The notes beneath the pieces were generated by a model. That model saw nothing but the letters and a program-made list of their open reading frames with translations. It made no database searches and was not told the origin of the DNA. Below, piece after piece: positions 1-13,139 of a DNA stretch of 64,000 bases. Location of the stretch: assembly GCF_006345805.1 (NCBI RefSeq), contig NC_043016.1:3968001-4032000 (forward strand). The letters are read 5' to 3'. How positions within the stretch are numbered: the stretch's first letter is position 1; the number at the start of each line of letters is the position of its first letter. This DNA is from Octopus sinensis (taxonomy: Eukaryota). The position numbers and the translations under genes were made by a program.

Positions 1-560
1 CAACAGTTTACTGCAGCTGACAACAGACTAGGTGTATTCACAATCGAGTTAGTAAAGGAATGATGTCGCTGATGAAGAAAGACGCAAGTAAAGGTGACAT
101 AACTGAAAATAACTCTGTTCAATATAGGGTTAAAATTTTGGTAAAGCTACTTACCAAAAACTTGGGGCTGGTCGCTGGTAGTGTAGTTGAGGAAGTACAA
201 ACTTGTGTCATCCCCGGTACAGCTTAAGTCATTCTTCACTTCATACGATACGTCCGAACGTTGCTGTGACAAATAGAGTTTTGTCTAACAGTTGTTTGCA
301 TGCAGAATGGATCCGGCAATCGGTTAAGTCCATTGTGAAGGTTATCTAGTCGACATTTTCAACCGGGAATGACAAATAGTTTTAATTTGTCTAGTTGCTG
401 CTCAGAAGTGGAAAGTTTGAAAGGCCTGAAGACAGATACATTCCTCTTGGGCCAATCCCTCATCAACTTTTACAAATTTTAAAGTTTCACATAGAAAGGA
501 AGATGAGAATAGAGAGTGAATTGTTGAAAGGCGAGAGAGAGTGACGAACATGGACTGAAT
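1..560 (+). mobile_element. Degenerate Tx1/L1-like LINE remnant (RT fragment joined to 3' end)
   Basis: About 133-220 reads KILVKLLTKNLGLVAGSVVEEVQTCVIPG, resembling the RT motif KILAKVLxxRL...QTCxIPGR; many stops and an internal deletion. Confidence 0.6.
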
Positions 561-1339
561 GAATATGTTTGCTCTGAGCATGCGTCTATAGACAGGAAAA
601 TTACATTATCACCATCAATAAGATTAATACGCTAACATTTTGTTTTTGCACGTACCTGATGTGTGCGTCACACTTACTTCAAAGGAGTGGAAAAGTGAGA
701 GAGAGGAGGACAGAGAGGAAGTAAGAGAGAGATTGAGAAAGGGAAAGAATGAGAAAGAAAGGGAGATAGTGAGAGAGAAAGAGAGAGTGAAAGAGTAAGC
801 TGTGACGTTGTTCGTTTTGTGTTTTTAGATTTTTATCACATCGCAAGAGAAGTAGATACATAGATACATACACAAATTGTTAAGTCAAAAGCGGGAGAGA
901 GGAGAGGGAAACAAAGGAAGTGAAAGAGGAAGAAACTGAGTGAGACAGTAGATACATAAATCCCAAGAAAAGTTCATTCATAGAAAAATACACACAGCAA
1001 TATTGGCTGTCAATTTCACTTTTCATTACTTCACAAGGATAAAATTAACTCACAAATGGCTGAGTACTCCACAGATACGCATAACATTAACGTAGTTCTC
1101 AAGGAGATTCAGCTTCAAACAAAATAAGACAAGACTGGCCCCTTTGAATTACAGCTCATTTATTATTTCGTCCTTTTGCATTTCAATTTGTAGATTAAGG
1201 TTCCTTGAATATGTACTTTGTATTTTAAGGTTAAATAGTAATTTCGTTTACGTTTGTGTAACTGAGATATTTTGGTTGGATTATATAATCATTTGTGTTT
1301 CATTACTTTCTATATTCTGTAACTGTCACAATATACTTT

Positions 1340-1480
1340 TCTAGGCCTGAATTTTTTGTTGGGGGAGGCCAGTTGATTAGATTGACCCCAATACACAACT
1401 GATACTTAAGTTATCGACGCCGAAAGGACGAAAGGCAAAGTCGATCTCGGCAGAATTTGAACTCAGAACACAAAGACAGA
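1340..1480 (-). mobile_element. tRNA-derived SINE fragment, family A (core GTCGACTTTGCCTTTCATCCTTTCGGGGTCGATAA)
   Basis: Reverse complement has the B-box GTTCAAATTC followed by the family core; matches copies at 4216, 4545, 5178, 6505 and 6632. Confidence 0.8.
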
Positions 1481-1929
1481 CAGTCATAATATACAAGCAT
1501 GGCTACAGTACACTGTTTGCAGAGACTTACATTTTTTATGTTTTCCGTGACTTTTTCTCGGGTCCAGCTAGTCATTTTTTATTATTAATATTATTTGATG
1601 AAAACTCTCAGCTTATTTTGTTAGGTAAAATGGAAAGTGTCAGCTGTTCACAGCCAGAAGACTAAGGGGATACTTGTCTACTGATCATGCTTCAAGAACC
1701 CTGCGGAGAACTCTTGCAGTTCCAAGCAATAACGATTTTTCTAAGTGTTCTACCTTTATATTGGTTTCAACCTTTTTGGGCCACATTGCTAGTTAAGTAC
1801 TGATACTTCAAAACGCGCCAATCACTTCTGGTGTCACGTCCGCTCTCATCATTGCACACAACCTGCGTATTTTTCACTTCAATTTATCGTAAATGTTCGT
1901 TGTTTCTTCTTTCTCTTTGATCATGCAAG

Positions 1930-4215
1930 TTCTGTTTTCTTAGTACACCAAAACAGTGTCAGGTTTCCGATTTGTGATCTGATGGTCGCACTGAATCATT
2001 GAAGAAAACAAGGAACCATAGAACGCTCAGCGAAACCAGAATTTTCAGCATACATAATCAAGCACCAATTTTCGACGATTTTGAGATCTACACACTTTGT
2101 CGGCCTGGAATGGGTAGCGGGGTGGCAATGCTGTTTAGAAAAGGTCTAGATCTCGAGATATGGACGATCTTCTTGGATCAGGATGGTAAGTAGATTGTTC
2201 TCGATGTGAGCAATAACGAAGGTGGTACTTTTGAACTAGTCACTGGGTATGTTTCTGGCGGAGCCGCCAGATTTCTTCAGACTTTTAGAAGTTTTCGTTA
2301 AGACATCTCACTCTTTAGTGCTGGTGGATAATTGGAATGCCATCTTGGACGCACGCCTTGATACGGTAAAGCTAGTCGATAAGAGAGTGGGCTGTAGAAG
2401 TCTCATAAACTTGTTTAGTCGCTTCCAGTTGGCTGACAGATAGCAACTGGATTTCGCGAATGTGTCAATGTGGACATGATCAAACAGCATCGAGTCTTCC
2501 AGATTGTATTTATATAGAGTATTGTGTAGGCCTACAGATAAAAGTAGCGTAAGTTGTCTACAATTCAAAGTTGTTGGTTAAACAGACCACGAATTTATGA
2601 CTTGTATGATAGCCATAAATAGAATCCATAGGCAAGGGCCCGAATACTGGAAACTGTATGCCTTTTTTTCCAGCGTGTCAAATACTCAGAGACCACGTTA
2701 GCAAGTTAATACATGAGGCGCTATCGGGTGCAATCGTCAGCAACCGATGGTGGATAGCCCTGAAAAGAAATATTAGAGTAACGGCGGTAGGGTTTAGTAA
2801 GGAAATGGGGTTATAGGAATCAAAGATAAAGGGGGACACAGCTTAGAAGCCAGAAGTGACATAGCGACCGACGTGCTGTTTTCAATATTGGCTCTTGATC
2901 AATTCTTCAATGTTAAGCACGAAGGTTACATTCCGCATGCGCTAAGACACGAGGGGTTAAAAGCCGTTCGATGAGCCCGGGTGGAAGAGGTACAACGTGG
3001 AAACAAATCCACAAGTCGGTCTTTGACGGGACGGTACGGGCTCATGCTATTCGAATCTAATGTGATGTGTGCGGAATTCCAGTGGCACTTTGCCGAACTA
3101 TATGAAACATGCGATGAATCGGAGACGGGAAGGATTTCACCTCCTACACTGGCAGTATGCTGCGCCTTTCGGCCATGGATGCGGAGTTCTGCGAAATGAT
3201 GATAACAACCGAAGACACACGGGCTTTGATGACGCAGAGAAGTCTCTGGGGGTTGGATCGCCTGCCCTTCGAGCTTTTTCTCCATATGCAGAATAGTCTA
3301 GTGATCTCTTGGCGAACAATGGAACAAGGACCCGAACTATGGAGACCAAATAGACAATTTTAGACCCATAACTCTACTGAACGCAGACTATAACATTTTG
3401 ACCAAAGTGTTAACCAAGAGGTTAGTGCTTGTAGTTGATAAGTTGGTCAGTGACGCACAAACATGCACTATCCCGAATAGATCTATTCACGACAACCTCC
3501 ACCTCACGCGTTGCATTATAGGAAGGATGAGCAAGGAACCTAGTATGGATCAATTTGGATCAATCAAAACCTTTTGATAGAGTTGACCATTAATACTTGG
3601 AGGCTGTACTCGAGGTGGCTGGTTTTGGTCCCGTTTTCAGAGGCTGGATTGCTGTGGTGTTCAGCAACATCTTTAGGGTGGTTAAAGTAAATAGCCATTA
3701 ATCGGAATCGTTTATCATCACACGTTCGGTCTGTCATGGATCCCTACTCTCGCCTTTAGTATATGAGCTGGCTCTCGAGCCATTACTAAAGAAGTTGAAT
3801 GTTTCGAGAAGCATCCCAAGTGAACTAGGATGCGGAAGGTTTGTGTCGGCTTATGCCGACGACGTCACTATAATAGTATCGGACAGCTCGGAAATTGAGG
3901 TGGTCATCACTATCTTAAAGGAGTTCGAAGTGGTGACAGGAGTAAAGATTAATCGAGAGAAGTTGGTGGACCTGCAGCTCGGCACCTGGAGAGGCAGGCC
4001 CATGCCAACAAACTACGTCGTAAGGTGCAGGGCGGAAAAACTGGTTACATTGCATAGGGTCTGGCTTGGTCCGGACCTCCAAGTAGACAGGGGCTAGTGG
4101 GAAGTGACAAACAGGGCGGCCAGACCCATCCGGAAATGAGCAGAAAAGAAGTTGTCACTGAAAGGTCAGCCGAAGATAGCAAATGCGTACATCGCTTCCA
4201 TCATTTATTACCTAT
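1930..4215 (+). mobile_element. Degenerate Tx1-like LINE ORF2 (APE endonuclease plus RT), pseudogenised
   Basis: APE motifs LSETR, GVAMLFRK and VLVDNWNAILD; RT motifs NFRPITLLNADYNILTKVL, QTCTIPNRSIHDNL and SAYADDVTI; many frameshifts and stops. Confidence 0.9.
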
Positions 4216-4350
4216 TTCTTTACTACCCACAAGGGGCTAAACACAGAGGGGACAAACAAAGAGGAGACAAACGGATTAAGTCGATTACATCGACCCCAGT
4301 GCGTAACTGGTACTTAATTTATCAAGCCCGAAAGGATGAAAGGCAAATTT
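4216..4350 (-). mobile_element. SINE family A fragment
   Basis: gtcgattacatcgaccccagtgcgtaactggtacttaatttatc...aaaggatgaaaggcaaa matches the 6632-6862 copy. Confidence 0.8.
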
Positions 4351-4544
4351 TATTGTTGAATTTTTGTCATTAAGTGCTCTTGTTTTTTTTCATGAATTTT
4401 TGTGCCAATTTTGCCCCTTGTATCGCATTGTTCCTTTTTGGTTTATATTCGACCCTTATGACAATCAAGGAAAGATTATCATCATTATTATTATTGTTGT
4501 TATACTTGGGAATGGTCATATTTTGCCAATTATGATTATTGCCG

Positions 4545-4790
4545 GTCAAAATGCTTAGCAGCATTTCGTCCGTTTTTACGTTCTGAATTCCAGTTCCGCC
4601 GAGGTTGACTTTACCTTTTATCCTTTCGGATTGATAAACACTGGGATCGATATAATCGACTCATCCTCTCCCCCCAAAACGGCTGCTCTTGTGGAAAAAT
4701 TTGAAACCGTTATTTGGAACCGGCAAAGAAGCAAAATCATTAACATGCCGGGCAGAACGCTTAGCGATATTTCGTCTGCTTTTAGTAGAA
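4545..4790 (+). mobile_element. SINE family A fragments (body plus a separate degraded head)
   Basis: aaatgcttagc...gttctgaattccagttccgccgaggttgact core; a second head-like segment lies near 4740-4780. Confidence 0.65.
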
Positions 4791-4924
4791 AGGGTTCTTA
4801 TTATTATTCTTGTTGTTATTGTTGTTGTTATAATTTCCTTTGCACACCTTCAAACGCTGAAGATGTACTACAGTGTGTTCGCTACAAGTGAACTAAGGTA
4901 ACACCTCTTATTTTTCGAGCACCT

Positions 4925-5145
4925 TCCAGTGATGATTTTGTAGTGTTTACATATTTTCCAATGTAAATACTGTCCTACCCCATCGTGGCGGGTTTTGTGT
5001 TTGTTTGGTGTCGACACAGGACATCCCGAGACGGGATGGTCTTTTGTTTCATCAAATTTATCGCAGAATCCGCATTTTGGGTCAGAACCATTTTGGAGAA
5101 CGATAGCCTGGTAATTTTTGATAAGCAAGCTTTAATCTTGTGCCG
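4925..5145 (-). mobile_element. R4/Dong-like LINE C-terminal fragment (CCHC knuckle plus RHD motif)
   Basis: ORF 4868-5128: KCGFCDKFDETKDHPVSGCP...KTRHDGVGQYLHWKICKHY; adjacent to a (TTA)n tract. Confidence 0.85.
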
Positions 5146-5177
5146 CCAATATGAAATCTTATTATTATTATTATTAT

Positions 5178-5305
5178 TCACCGAGGTTGACTTTTCCTTT
5201 CATCCTATGGAGGGGGGGCGAAAAATTAAGTACCAGTGAAACGCTGGGGTCGGTGTAATCGACTGGTCCTCTCCCCCAAATTTCAGGCCTTGTGCCTGTA
5301 ATAGA

Positions 5306-5308
<3 letters not shown>
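5178..5308 (+). mobile_element. SINE family A 3' half
   Basis: ccgaggttgacttttcctttcatcc...aagtaccagtgaaacgctggggtc...aatttcaggccttgtgcct followed by (TAG)n. Confidence 0.8.
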
Positions 5309-5356
<48 letters not shown>

Positions 5357-5415
5357 GAGGAGGAGGAGGAGGAGGAGGAGGAGGAGGAGGGGGGAGGAAA
5401 GGCAGCAGCAGCAGC
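5309..5415. repeat. Compound microsatellite (TAG)n(GAG)n(CAG)n
   Basis: Directly visible. Confidence 0.95.
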
Positions 5416-6019
5416 AACGTTTTTGTTGGAAATACGTCATGTCGGTTCCCGAAAGTTTGTTAATTTTTATTTGAAAGTAACGTGTTCACAGTTGTGAATT
5501 ATTATTAAAACTTCGAAGGCGATCTCATCCATCACTGGCTGAAGAGTAGGACTGCCAAATTGTGCGACATATTTTTGCGTTATTTTTTTTTTTTTTTTTT
5601 TTCGTATAATTGAAAGTATGGCGCTGAAACGAGCCTCATCAACGACGGGGTTGCAGCAATACATACCACGAGAAACTCGCGAGAACAACAACAATAACAA
5701 AAATAAAAACAACAGTAACAGCAACTGTAGCGACAAAGTGCTTAACATGCAACAATGACTCAACGATAATAACAACAGCAGCAACAACAACACCAGCAGA
5801 AGCAGCCGTTCAAGAATTTGGACCTGGAGATCTCCATTTCCAGCGACCTCGAGGGCCACCTCCTAGTGGTGTCGGGCGTCAACGAAGAGCCCTCGACTAC
5901 AACAAGGCGACCAAAGTTTTTTTTTTACAAGGTCTGGGGTCTCCCGCCCCTAAGCCCTAGAGCATCACCTAATCATCCTTACCCACCGTCTTGTTGCTTA
6001 ACAACAACAACAACAACAA

Positions 6020-6063
<44 letters not shown>

Positions 6064-6066
<3 letters not shown>

Positions 6067-6500
6067 TAAAGAATAAGGATGCTGGCAAAGTAGTAAGGAC
6101 GATTCCTCGGAGTAAACAATATTTTACTGGGATTGTGTCAAAATCAAGACAATATCGTTCGCTCTCCCTAAACAACAAGGAGGCCTGTCATAAGCGGAAC
6201 AGCTAGTGAAAGTGAATATCGGAAGAGCACAAGTTGCCATACCAACCGTGGTTCTGAGAACAGCTGCTTCGAAGAGGTAAGATGTCACCTTGTATCAGCT
6301 AAAATTGACGCCCACAGACAGCAGAACGCCAAAATGGAAAGACCCCCTCAAAGAAATATGACCAGATACTGATCATATGATCAAGGCAAGGGAGTTCGGG
6401 AATGTAGAGGTCCACTTTAAGAACGAAACCCATACTCTGAAACACAGTAAAACTCTCATGTGCAATATCCTCTGCCTAACATATTTTAGGAAGCAGAACC
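6064..6500 (+). mobile_element. Probable degenerate ORF1 remnant of a Tx1-like LINE
   Basis: KAREFGNVEVHFKNETHTLKHSKTLMCNILCLTYFRKQN resembles ORF1 segments I associate with such elements; it lies upstream of the same-strand ORF2 remnant at 8050. Weak similarity only. Confidence 0.4.
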
Positions 6501-6504
6501 TCTC

Positions 6505-6630
6505 ATATTCTTTCTACTCTAGGCACAGGACCCGAAATTTTGTGGGAGGGGGCCAGTCGATTAGATTGATGAAAAGCAAAGTCTGCCTCGGCGGAATTTG
6601 AAATCAGAACGTAACGGCAGACGAAATACC
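6505..6630 (-). mobile_element. SINE family A copy (internally deleted)
   Basis: tctttctactctaggcacagg...aaagtctgcctcggcggaatttgaaatcagaacg. Confidence 0.8.
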
Positions 6631-6631
6631 T

Positions 6632-6862
6632 ATTTCTTTACTACCTACAAGGGGTTAAACACAGAGGGGGACAAACAAGGACAGACAAACGGATTAAGTC
6701 GATTATATTGACCCCAGTGCGTAACTGGTACTTATTTAATCGATACCGAGAGGATGAAAGGCAAAGTCGACCTCGGCGGAATTTGAACTCAGAACGTAGC
6801 CGCAGACGAAATACCTCTAAGCATTTCACCCGGCGTGCTAACGTCTCTACCAGCTCGACGCC
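6632..6862 (-). mobile_element. Full-length tRNA-derived SINE family A
   Basis: Reverse complement begins ggcgtcgagctggtagagacgttagc (A-box-like), has gttctgagttcaaattcc (B-box) and then the conserved core. Confidence 0.9.
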
Positions 6863-7004
6863 TTAGACACTTCTCATATTAAAAAGAGTTCCACTTGGGT
6901 TGAGGATCTTGTGGTTGGAGGCCTGTGTCACTCTCGATGGCGTTTTGATCCGGAGCCACAACAGATACTAAGATCAAAGTGGGGAATGTGTAATGGTGTC
7001 TAGC

Positions 7005-7435
7005 TACGTTAGTTAGTTAGTTAGTTAATTTTTTGGCTCAAAAAGCAAAAAGCAAGGCCTTGTAGGGGGACATGGAGTTATGTACAGGGTGGTGTTCATG
7101 TAAAGAGTTCAGGACACTTGAGGTCCAGGGAGGCTTTGAACAAAGCGGTCGTCGGCATCTTCACCATCTCGTCTGGCAGCTTGTTCCACGGATCCGCAAC
7201 CCGGACGGAGAAAGCTCCTCTCCTTCGATTGAGATGAAATCGTCGCAGGTAGAGCTTTTCGGAATGACCCCGCAGCCGACGCTCTGGAGCAGGAGTGAAG
7301 AACAGCTCTTTCGAGAGGTTACACTTTCCGCTTATGATGTTGTGAGCAAGAATGAGATCACCACGGCGGCGGCGTTTTTCTAGAGAATAAAGGTCGAGCG
7401 TCTTCAGCCTTTCTTCATAAGACAAGTTACGGTTG
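7005..7435 (-). mobile_element. Young 5'-truncated CR1-like LINE 3' end
   Basis: Open frame LSYEERLKTLDLYSLEKRRRRGDLI...RGHSEKL...FSVRVADPWNKLP...FKASLD, then a short UTR and (TAAC)n tail. Confidence 0.92.
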
Positions 7436-8049
7436 AAGGTAGAACAAGCTGCCACTTCAGAACTTTCTGCTCTTAATAGAAAAAAAAAACACAGAAAAGA
7501 GGAGGCGTCCGCTACTATCGACACCATAGCCCTAACATTAGTAGCGTCCAGTAGTAACAGTAGCAATAGCAGTGAAGAAAACAAGGAGACCAGCACCAAA
7601 ATCAACAACAGTCGCAACGGCAAGACCAGAAGCAATAACATCGGCACCCACTACAACAGAACTAAAATCCGCTGCTCAGTAAAATGTAAAAACTTTCTTA
7701 TTCCCCCATTCCCACCCCTTCAAACCCTTCAAATATAAACATGCACACACACGTGCGGACATACACAAAAATATACCTCCATTACCCCCAACCTGCATTG
7801 AATCTTCCCGACTTGGAAATATCATCTTATGAGGAGGGAGAGCAAACAAGTACATAAAAAAAGACTATAATTTTTTTTAATAAAAAAGCTTCACTTGTTC
7901 TGAGCAAAAGAAACGATCACTTAGGCCACAGCCACACCAAATGCCGACAAATTCACAACAACATTTCTTCTACCACCACCACCACCACCACCAGTAGCAG
8001 ACAGACACACAAATACATCAACAAAACACATCCACTCGAAATTTTATGC

Positions 8050-10520
8050 TGATAAGCAACACGAAGAATAAAAGCTGAAGTCGCTTTAAAGAAAAGACCT
8101 GGGCCTCACGATACAGTCGATCTTTTAAAATCCGAACAGTAAGCTGAAGCTGCCTGAACGTGAACGATAGTAAAGTTTGTGCTCCTTAGACTAGTCACAG
8201 TGTATGTCCCGTCTGAGGAATGGTTGCCAGATATCTTCGGGCGTTTGGAGATTTTCCTTTAGTGCTTAGAGAGATTGGAATGCCATCTTAGATACACGTC
8301 TGGACAGAATGAGGATAGTTGATAAAAGATGACTGTGTAAATGTCTCGCAAACCTACTCGGCCATTTCCATTTGGCTGAAGGGTACCGACTGGATTTCCC
8401 GAATGCTCCAGTGTAGATATGGACGAACAACATCGGGTTATCCAGATCGCATCTAAATAGAGACAGCATAGGTTGTCCACAATTCAGAGCGGTCGGCCAC
8501 GCAGACCATAAGTTTGTGATCTATAATCCACCCAAATAGGCGGCATAGACAGGGATCCCATTGCTGTAAAATGACTACCACTTTCCAAGAGCGCCAAGTT
8601 TACAGAAACTTGATTAGAAAGATAGTTATGAGGGAATTAACAAGAGAAATCAACAGCAGATGATTGTTAACACTGAAAAGACTATTAGATTAGAATCGAT
8701 ATGGTTTAGTAACGAGATAATGATAGAAAATTCTAAAGCAGGGGGATAGCCAGTGAGTAACCTAGAAGAGGTTCTTAGGAAAGGAATTGAGACAGAGATA
8801 TTGACAGTAGGATTGGACCCTAGACTGAGTCAACACTATGTACGAAGGTTGCATTGTCAGAGCTAGGGTGCATGCTCTAAGGCTTTAGTAAACGAAAACA
8901 TTCGATAAGTATTGGTGACAGAAACAAAATAGTAAAAAAAAGCCTCAAATCAATTTTAACGGAAGGGGCGCATGCTACTCGATTCCAAGCAAGATGTGTG
9001 TGGTTTTTCTGCTGCACTTCACTCAACTTTTTGATGTAGACATTGGACCAGAGGCAGAAGCATACTACCTCGGCTGTCTGCCACGGCTCCCGGATAGGGA
9101 AGCGGAGTTCTTCGAAAGATCGCTCACATCTAGCGAAATACGGGAAGTGATGGCTGGTTACACGAGGGCGAATTCATCGAGGATTTGGTCTGACCTGCAA
9201 GCTTTGTGATAACGTTTAAGACTTGTTCAGGGCTTCTTGGCAGATTTCTATAACATACAGCTGAGCAAAATTCCCAGTCCTGCGATAACAGGTGTAATGT
9301 ACTGCTGTGAAAGGACCCGAACAAGAGGAGTGATTTTAGCAACTTAGTGCCCTTTATTCGGTTAAATGTAGAGGTAGAGATTTTGGTTAAGCGGTCAGGC
9401 CTGATCATCGATACCTGATAGATGAGGCACAGTCATGCGCCAAATAATTCTACCAACTACAACTTCCACCTCACTCGATACATCGCAGAAAATATGAGTA
9501 AAGAACCTGGCATAGATGAGGCCCCGATCAATTTAGATTAGTCGAAATTTTCGATAGGGTCGCTCGTCGATACTTGCGGTTTCAAGCCGGCCATCAGAAG
9601 CTGGATCGCTACAATATACAACAACTTGCAAGTAAAAGGCTGCTTGTCGGAATCGCTCGAGATCATGCCTTCAATCCGTTGAGGATTGAACGCATGATCT
9701 GTCTCTCCTTCCGTATGTACCGTACTTAAAGCCTCTACTGCAGAAGTTAAAGCTTTTGAGGAGCATCTTATGAGAACTTGCTATGGTGAGGACATGTTTC
9801 GCTGGTCAAATGGTCCGTTTGCTACCAACATCCGCTGCGTGGATGACTGGGCATACCATGGCTAATGATACACAGACATGGACTAAGGTTACGACGTCTC
9901 TAACTTTTCCTTTGTGGTAAGTAGGGTGTGGTCGCCGTTTGACTTTGCTTTTCAGCAAATCGCCTCTTTGACAGGACAGCAGTTCTGGTTCAAATGTAAA
10001 ATGAGGCCGGGTCCTAGGTCCTTGAGTATTGTCAAGCGCTCCCAGCCCCCAGTCGTCGAGCAATGCTGACGGTGGGTGTTCTACTATGGCGTTCTATAGA
10101 GGGTTAGTGGTGGATAAAAGCGACGACGTCCTCAAGGAAAATCTGGACATCGATGAAAATCAACTGATTACTCTTTGCCCAAACATATTTTCCAGAAACC
10201 CCTGGTGTGGATGTTTTATTGAGCATGCATTGCTAGTCCGAGATAAACTTTACAGGTATGGCAATGCCGCAGCCGCAGCTGCACGAAATGTGCACGGAGT
10301 ACAAAACTGTGCTGCTTGCACCAGTACAGTGATCGGGAAGTTATGATTTGTGGAGTTATGTAGGATGGATTTGGCTATCGACCGATTCTATGGAGAGTAC
10401 GTCCTTCTTTGTGGTCCGGAACGGCAGGTAGTTTTCTTCAGTCTGGTAGTTACAGCAACAGACATTGTGTGATGGGCGCGACTTAGATAGGAACCCAGTA
10501 ACGGGAAGTAGAATGAGTCC
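8050..10520 (+). mobile_element. Degenerate Tx1-like LINE ORF2 (EN, RT and C-terminal remnants)
   Basis: LRLVTVYVP and WTNNIGLSRSHLNR (EN); YLGCLPRLPDREAEFFERSLTSSEIREVM (pre-RT); LLVRDKLYRYG (C-terminal region). Confidence 0.8.
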
Positions 10521-10559
10521 TTACAGGAACGCAAAGACTACAGGAATTGAATTAGTGAA

Positions 10560-12480
10560 TTAGATTAGCAGCAGTTGATAGAATAGTGGGGCAGTCTGGA
10601 GTTGGGAATTATAGCAGAGTCTATAGTTATTTTACAAAAAGCTAGCTTTATAGAGAAATAAATTAGAGATAGAGTTAGTTGGTCGTCTAGAAAGGGCATA
10701 ATGACTATTGTGCTAGCAGCGAAATTATCCCTCAACCATTTCTTCGAGGCTAAACGCGAAAGCTGTGTTTTTAAAACTAAGCTCCATGCCCTTAAACACA
10801 AGCTGTTCGATAGGTACGAGTAAGTGAGACGCGACTTGGTAACAAAACCACAATCAAGTCTTTGATGGATCGGGCGCGTGCTCTCGGTTCCGAGCAGATG
10901 AGAGCGACTTTCTCCGCGACTGTTTGGATCTATCTAGACTTCCTATTACGGTTCTCGGTAGAAGACTCGAGGGCCTGCGAAAAGCCTTTAACGGCAACTG
11001 AAATATGCGAGCAATGGCACAAGACTCGAATTGCCTAGGTAAATGATCTGCGAATTCTACGAATTCATTTTAGACTTGTTCGGCGATCCCCTGGCAGACG
11101 TCTACCGTAACTGGCAGCAAAACAGGAAACTCCAGTGTTGTGAGCCGGGAAGGATAACGCTGCTGAGAAAGGACGTCGACAAAGGTGACGGACTATGCAA
11201 TTTTGGCCCATAACTCTGCTAAACAAGGAGTTTAAAATAATGGCTACGATGTTTTCAAAACTTCTGGTGCTTGTCATCAATGGTTTGGTTAAAGAAGCGC
11301 AAATGTGCGCAATCCCCAACAGAATTTACGACAACCTTAATTATCAGAAAGGACTGGGCCCAACGCTGGCTTCAGTGGGGCCCTGATCCGTCTGAATCAG
11401 TCTAAAACATACGATATGGCCAACCCTCGTTACTTAGAAACCGTCTGAAATCGACCGGGTTCGGACTCGTTTTGGGAGTTTTGATTACTGCAATACACAG
11501 CCGCAACTGCTCGGTGGTCAGAGTAAACAGAACCCTTTTGCATTGCTTGATCCATCAGGGCTGTGCATTCTCGTTCTTTCTGTATTTGTTGGCTCCCGAG
11601 TCATTGTTGCGAAAGCTAGATCAGTTGAGAAGCATCCCGTTCGAACTGGAAGCTGGGACGGCTATATCGGTGTACGTGGATGACATCACCATTATAGCGT
11701 GGAACGTCACTGAAACTGAGATGGTCGGTCTGATATTAAAGGAATAGGAAACGGTGGCAGCGGTTAAGATCAACTTGGACAAGTCGGTGATCTTGTGGCT
11801 GAACACCTGGAGAGGTAGGTTCATGTTGTCAGACGGTATTGTGAGATAGTGGACAAATGAACCGGTCAAACTGTTCGGTGTCTAGTCCAATCCTGACTTC
11901 CAGATGGATAGGAAGTAGAACGAAATGACGAAGAAGATAGCCTGTCTTACCCAAGAGCGGTCGGAGATGAAGCAGTCTCCGAAAGAATAGCCAAAGGTGA
12001 GGAATGTTAGCATTGCCTCTGTTAGTATTTACCACCTGACTGCGGAGCCTTCCCCAGCTACAACCCTGATCAGATTTGAGTGTCTATTATTCAGTTTTTT
12101 TGTGGTGCTGCCAGCATCCTCTGTACGGCAGTCTAGGTATGCTACGGCTGCTGATGCGCAGACATGCGTTCGGACAGCACCATCTGCAAAAGTTCATAAG
12201 CAGTGAACGAGTGTGAACACCATTCCTGAGGCATGTTTTTCTGCAGCTCGTTCCCTTGACGGAGATGCGTTCCTGGGTGAAGCAAAGACCGGGCACCTTG
12301 CATCTATGTCATCAGGCATTCATCACCCTCTGCCATTTGATTAACAGAATCGATGGGAGTACTACTTTACAAGTCGACAGAGGTTTATTAAGGGGGAAGA
12401 GTGATGACATTGTCGAGAAGAGTTTGGGCGTTGGCGTTGGCGAAGACGAACTAGCTAGACTGTTTCGGAAGGACTTTTCG
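10560..12480 (+). mobile_element. Degenerate Tx1-like LINE ORF2 (linker, RT and 3' part)
   Basis: FWPITLLNKEFKIMA, AQMCAIPNRIYDNL, HQGCAFSFFLY, SVYVDDITII and GLLRGKSDDIVEKSLG. Confidence 0.85.
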
Positions 12481-12894
12481 ATTGAGGAGTACTAAGGACA
12501 ATTTCAACAAGAGCAACTCAACCAATTACAACACCAAAAAGAAGAACAGCGACGGTTGTTTCGACAAGAAAAGCAGCAGCAACATAAGTAGCAACCACAG
12601 TAGCATCAACATCAACAACGACAATGACAACAACAACAATAACACAACATCCACGCCCAAAGGATTTTCCCGTCTGATCCTTCTTCCCCGGTAAAACACG
12701 AGCACAGACATGTCACTCCACTCGTCCGTATCGAAATTTTCTGATACGGAAATCTTATCTTGCGATGAAGAGGAGGTGAGGTCACCACTGAAAAAAAAAA
12801 GGAAAAAAAAACTCTTGAAATTTGGAAGAATTGGAAACATCACTCTTTTGACTATCACATACCAACAATTACAACCACAGTAAATACAGCCAAG

Positions 12895-12983
<89 letters not shown>

Positions 12984-12990
12984 AACAACA
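12895..12990. repeat. (CTA)n microsatellite
   Basis: Directly visible. Confidence 0.95.
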
Positions 12991-13139
12991 ACGAATAGAA
13001 AGCACACAAACCCAGCAATATTATCCAAATCTATAGCTCCACCCATAAGGACAGGAAAACACAAACACACATGAACGGCATGCCACAGCTTCAACTGAAG
13101 AAGATGGGTGCTGTGGAAAGCCAATAACAGCAACTCAGA

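Noticed and set aside
5467-6206. Poly-Leu/Asn/Ser/Ala ORFs
   Set aside because: They derive from CAA/CAG triplet tracts associated with LINE relics.
6800-6862. tRNA genes at SINE heads (also 21927 and 31620-31672)
   Set aside because: They have A/B boxes but no complete cloverleaf and continue into SINE bodies.
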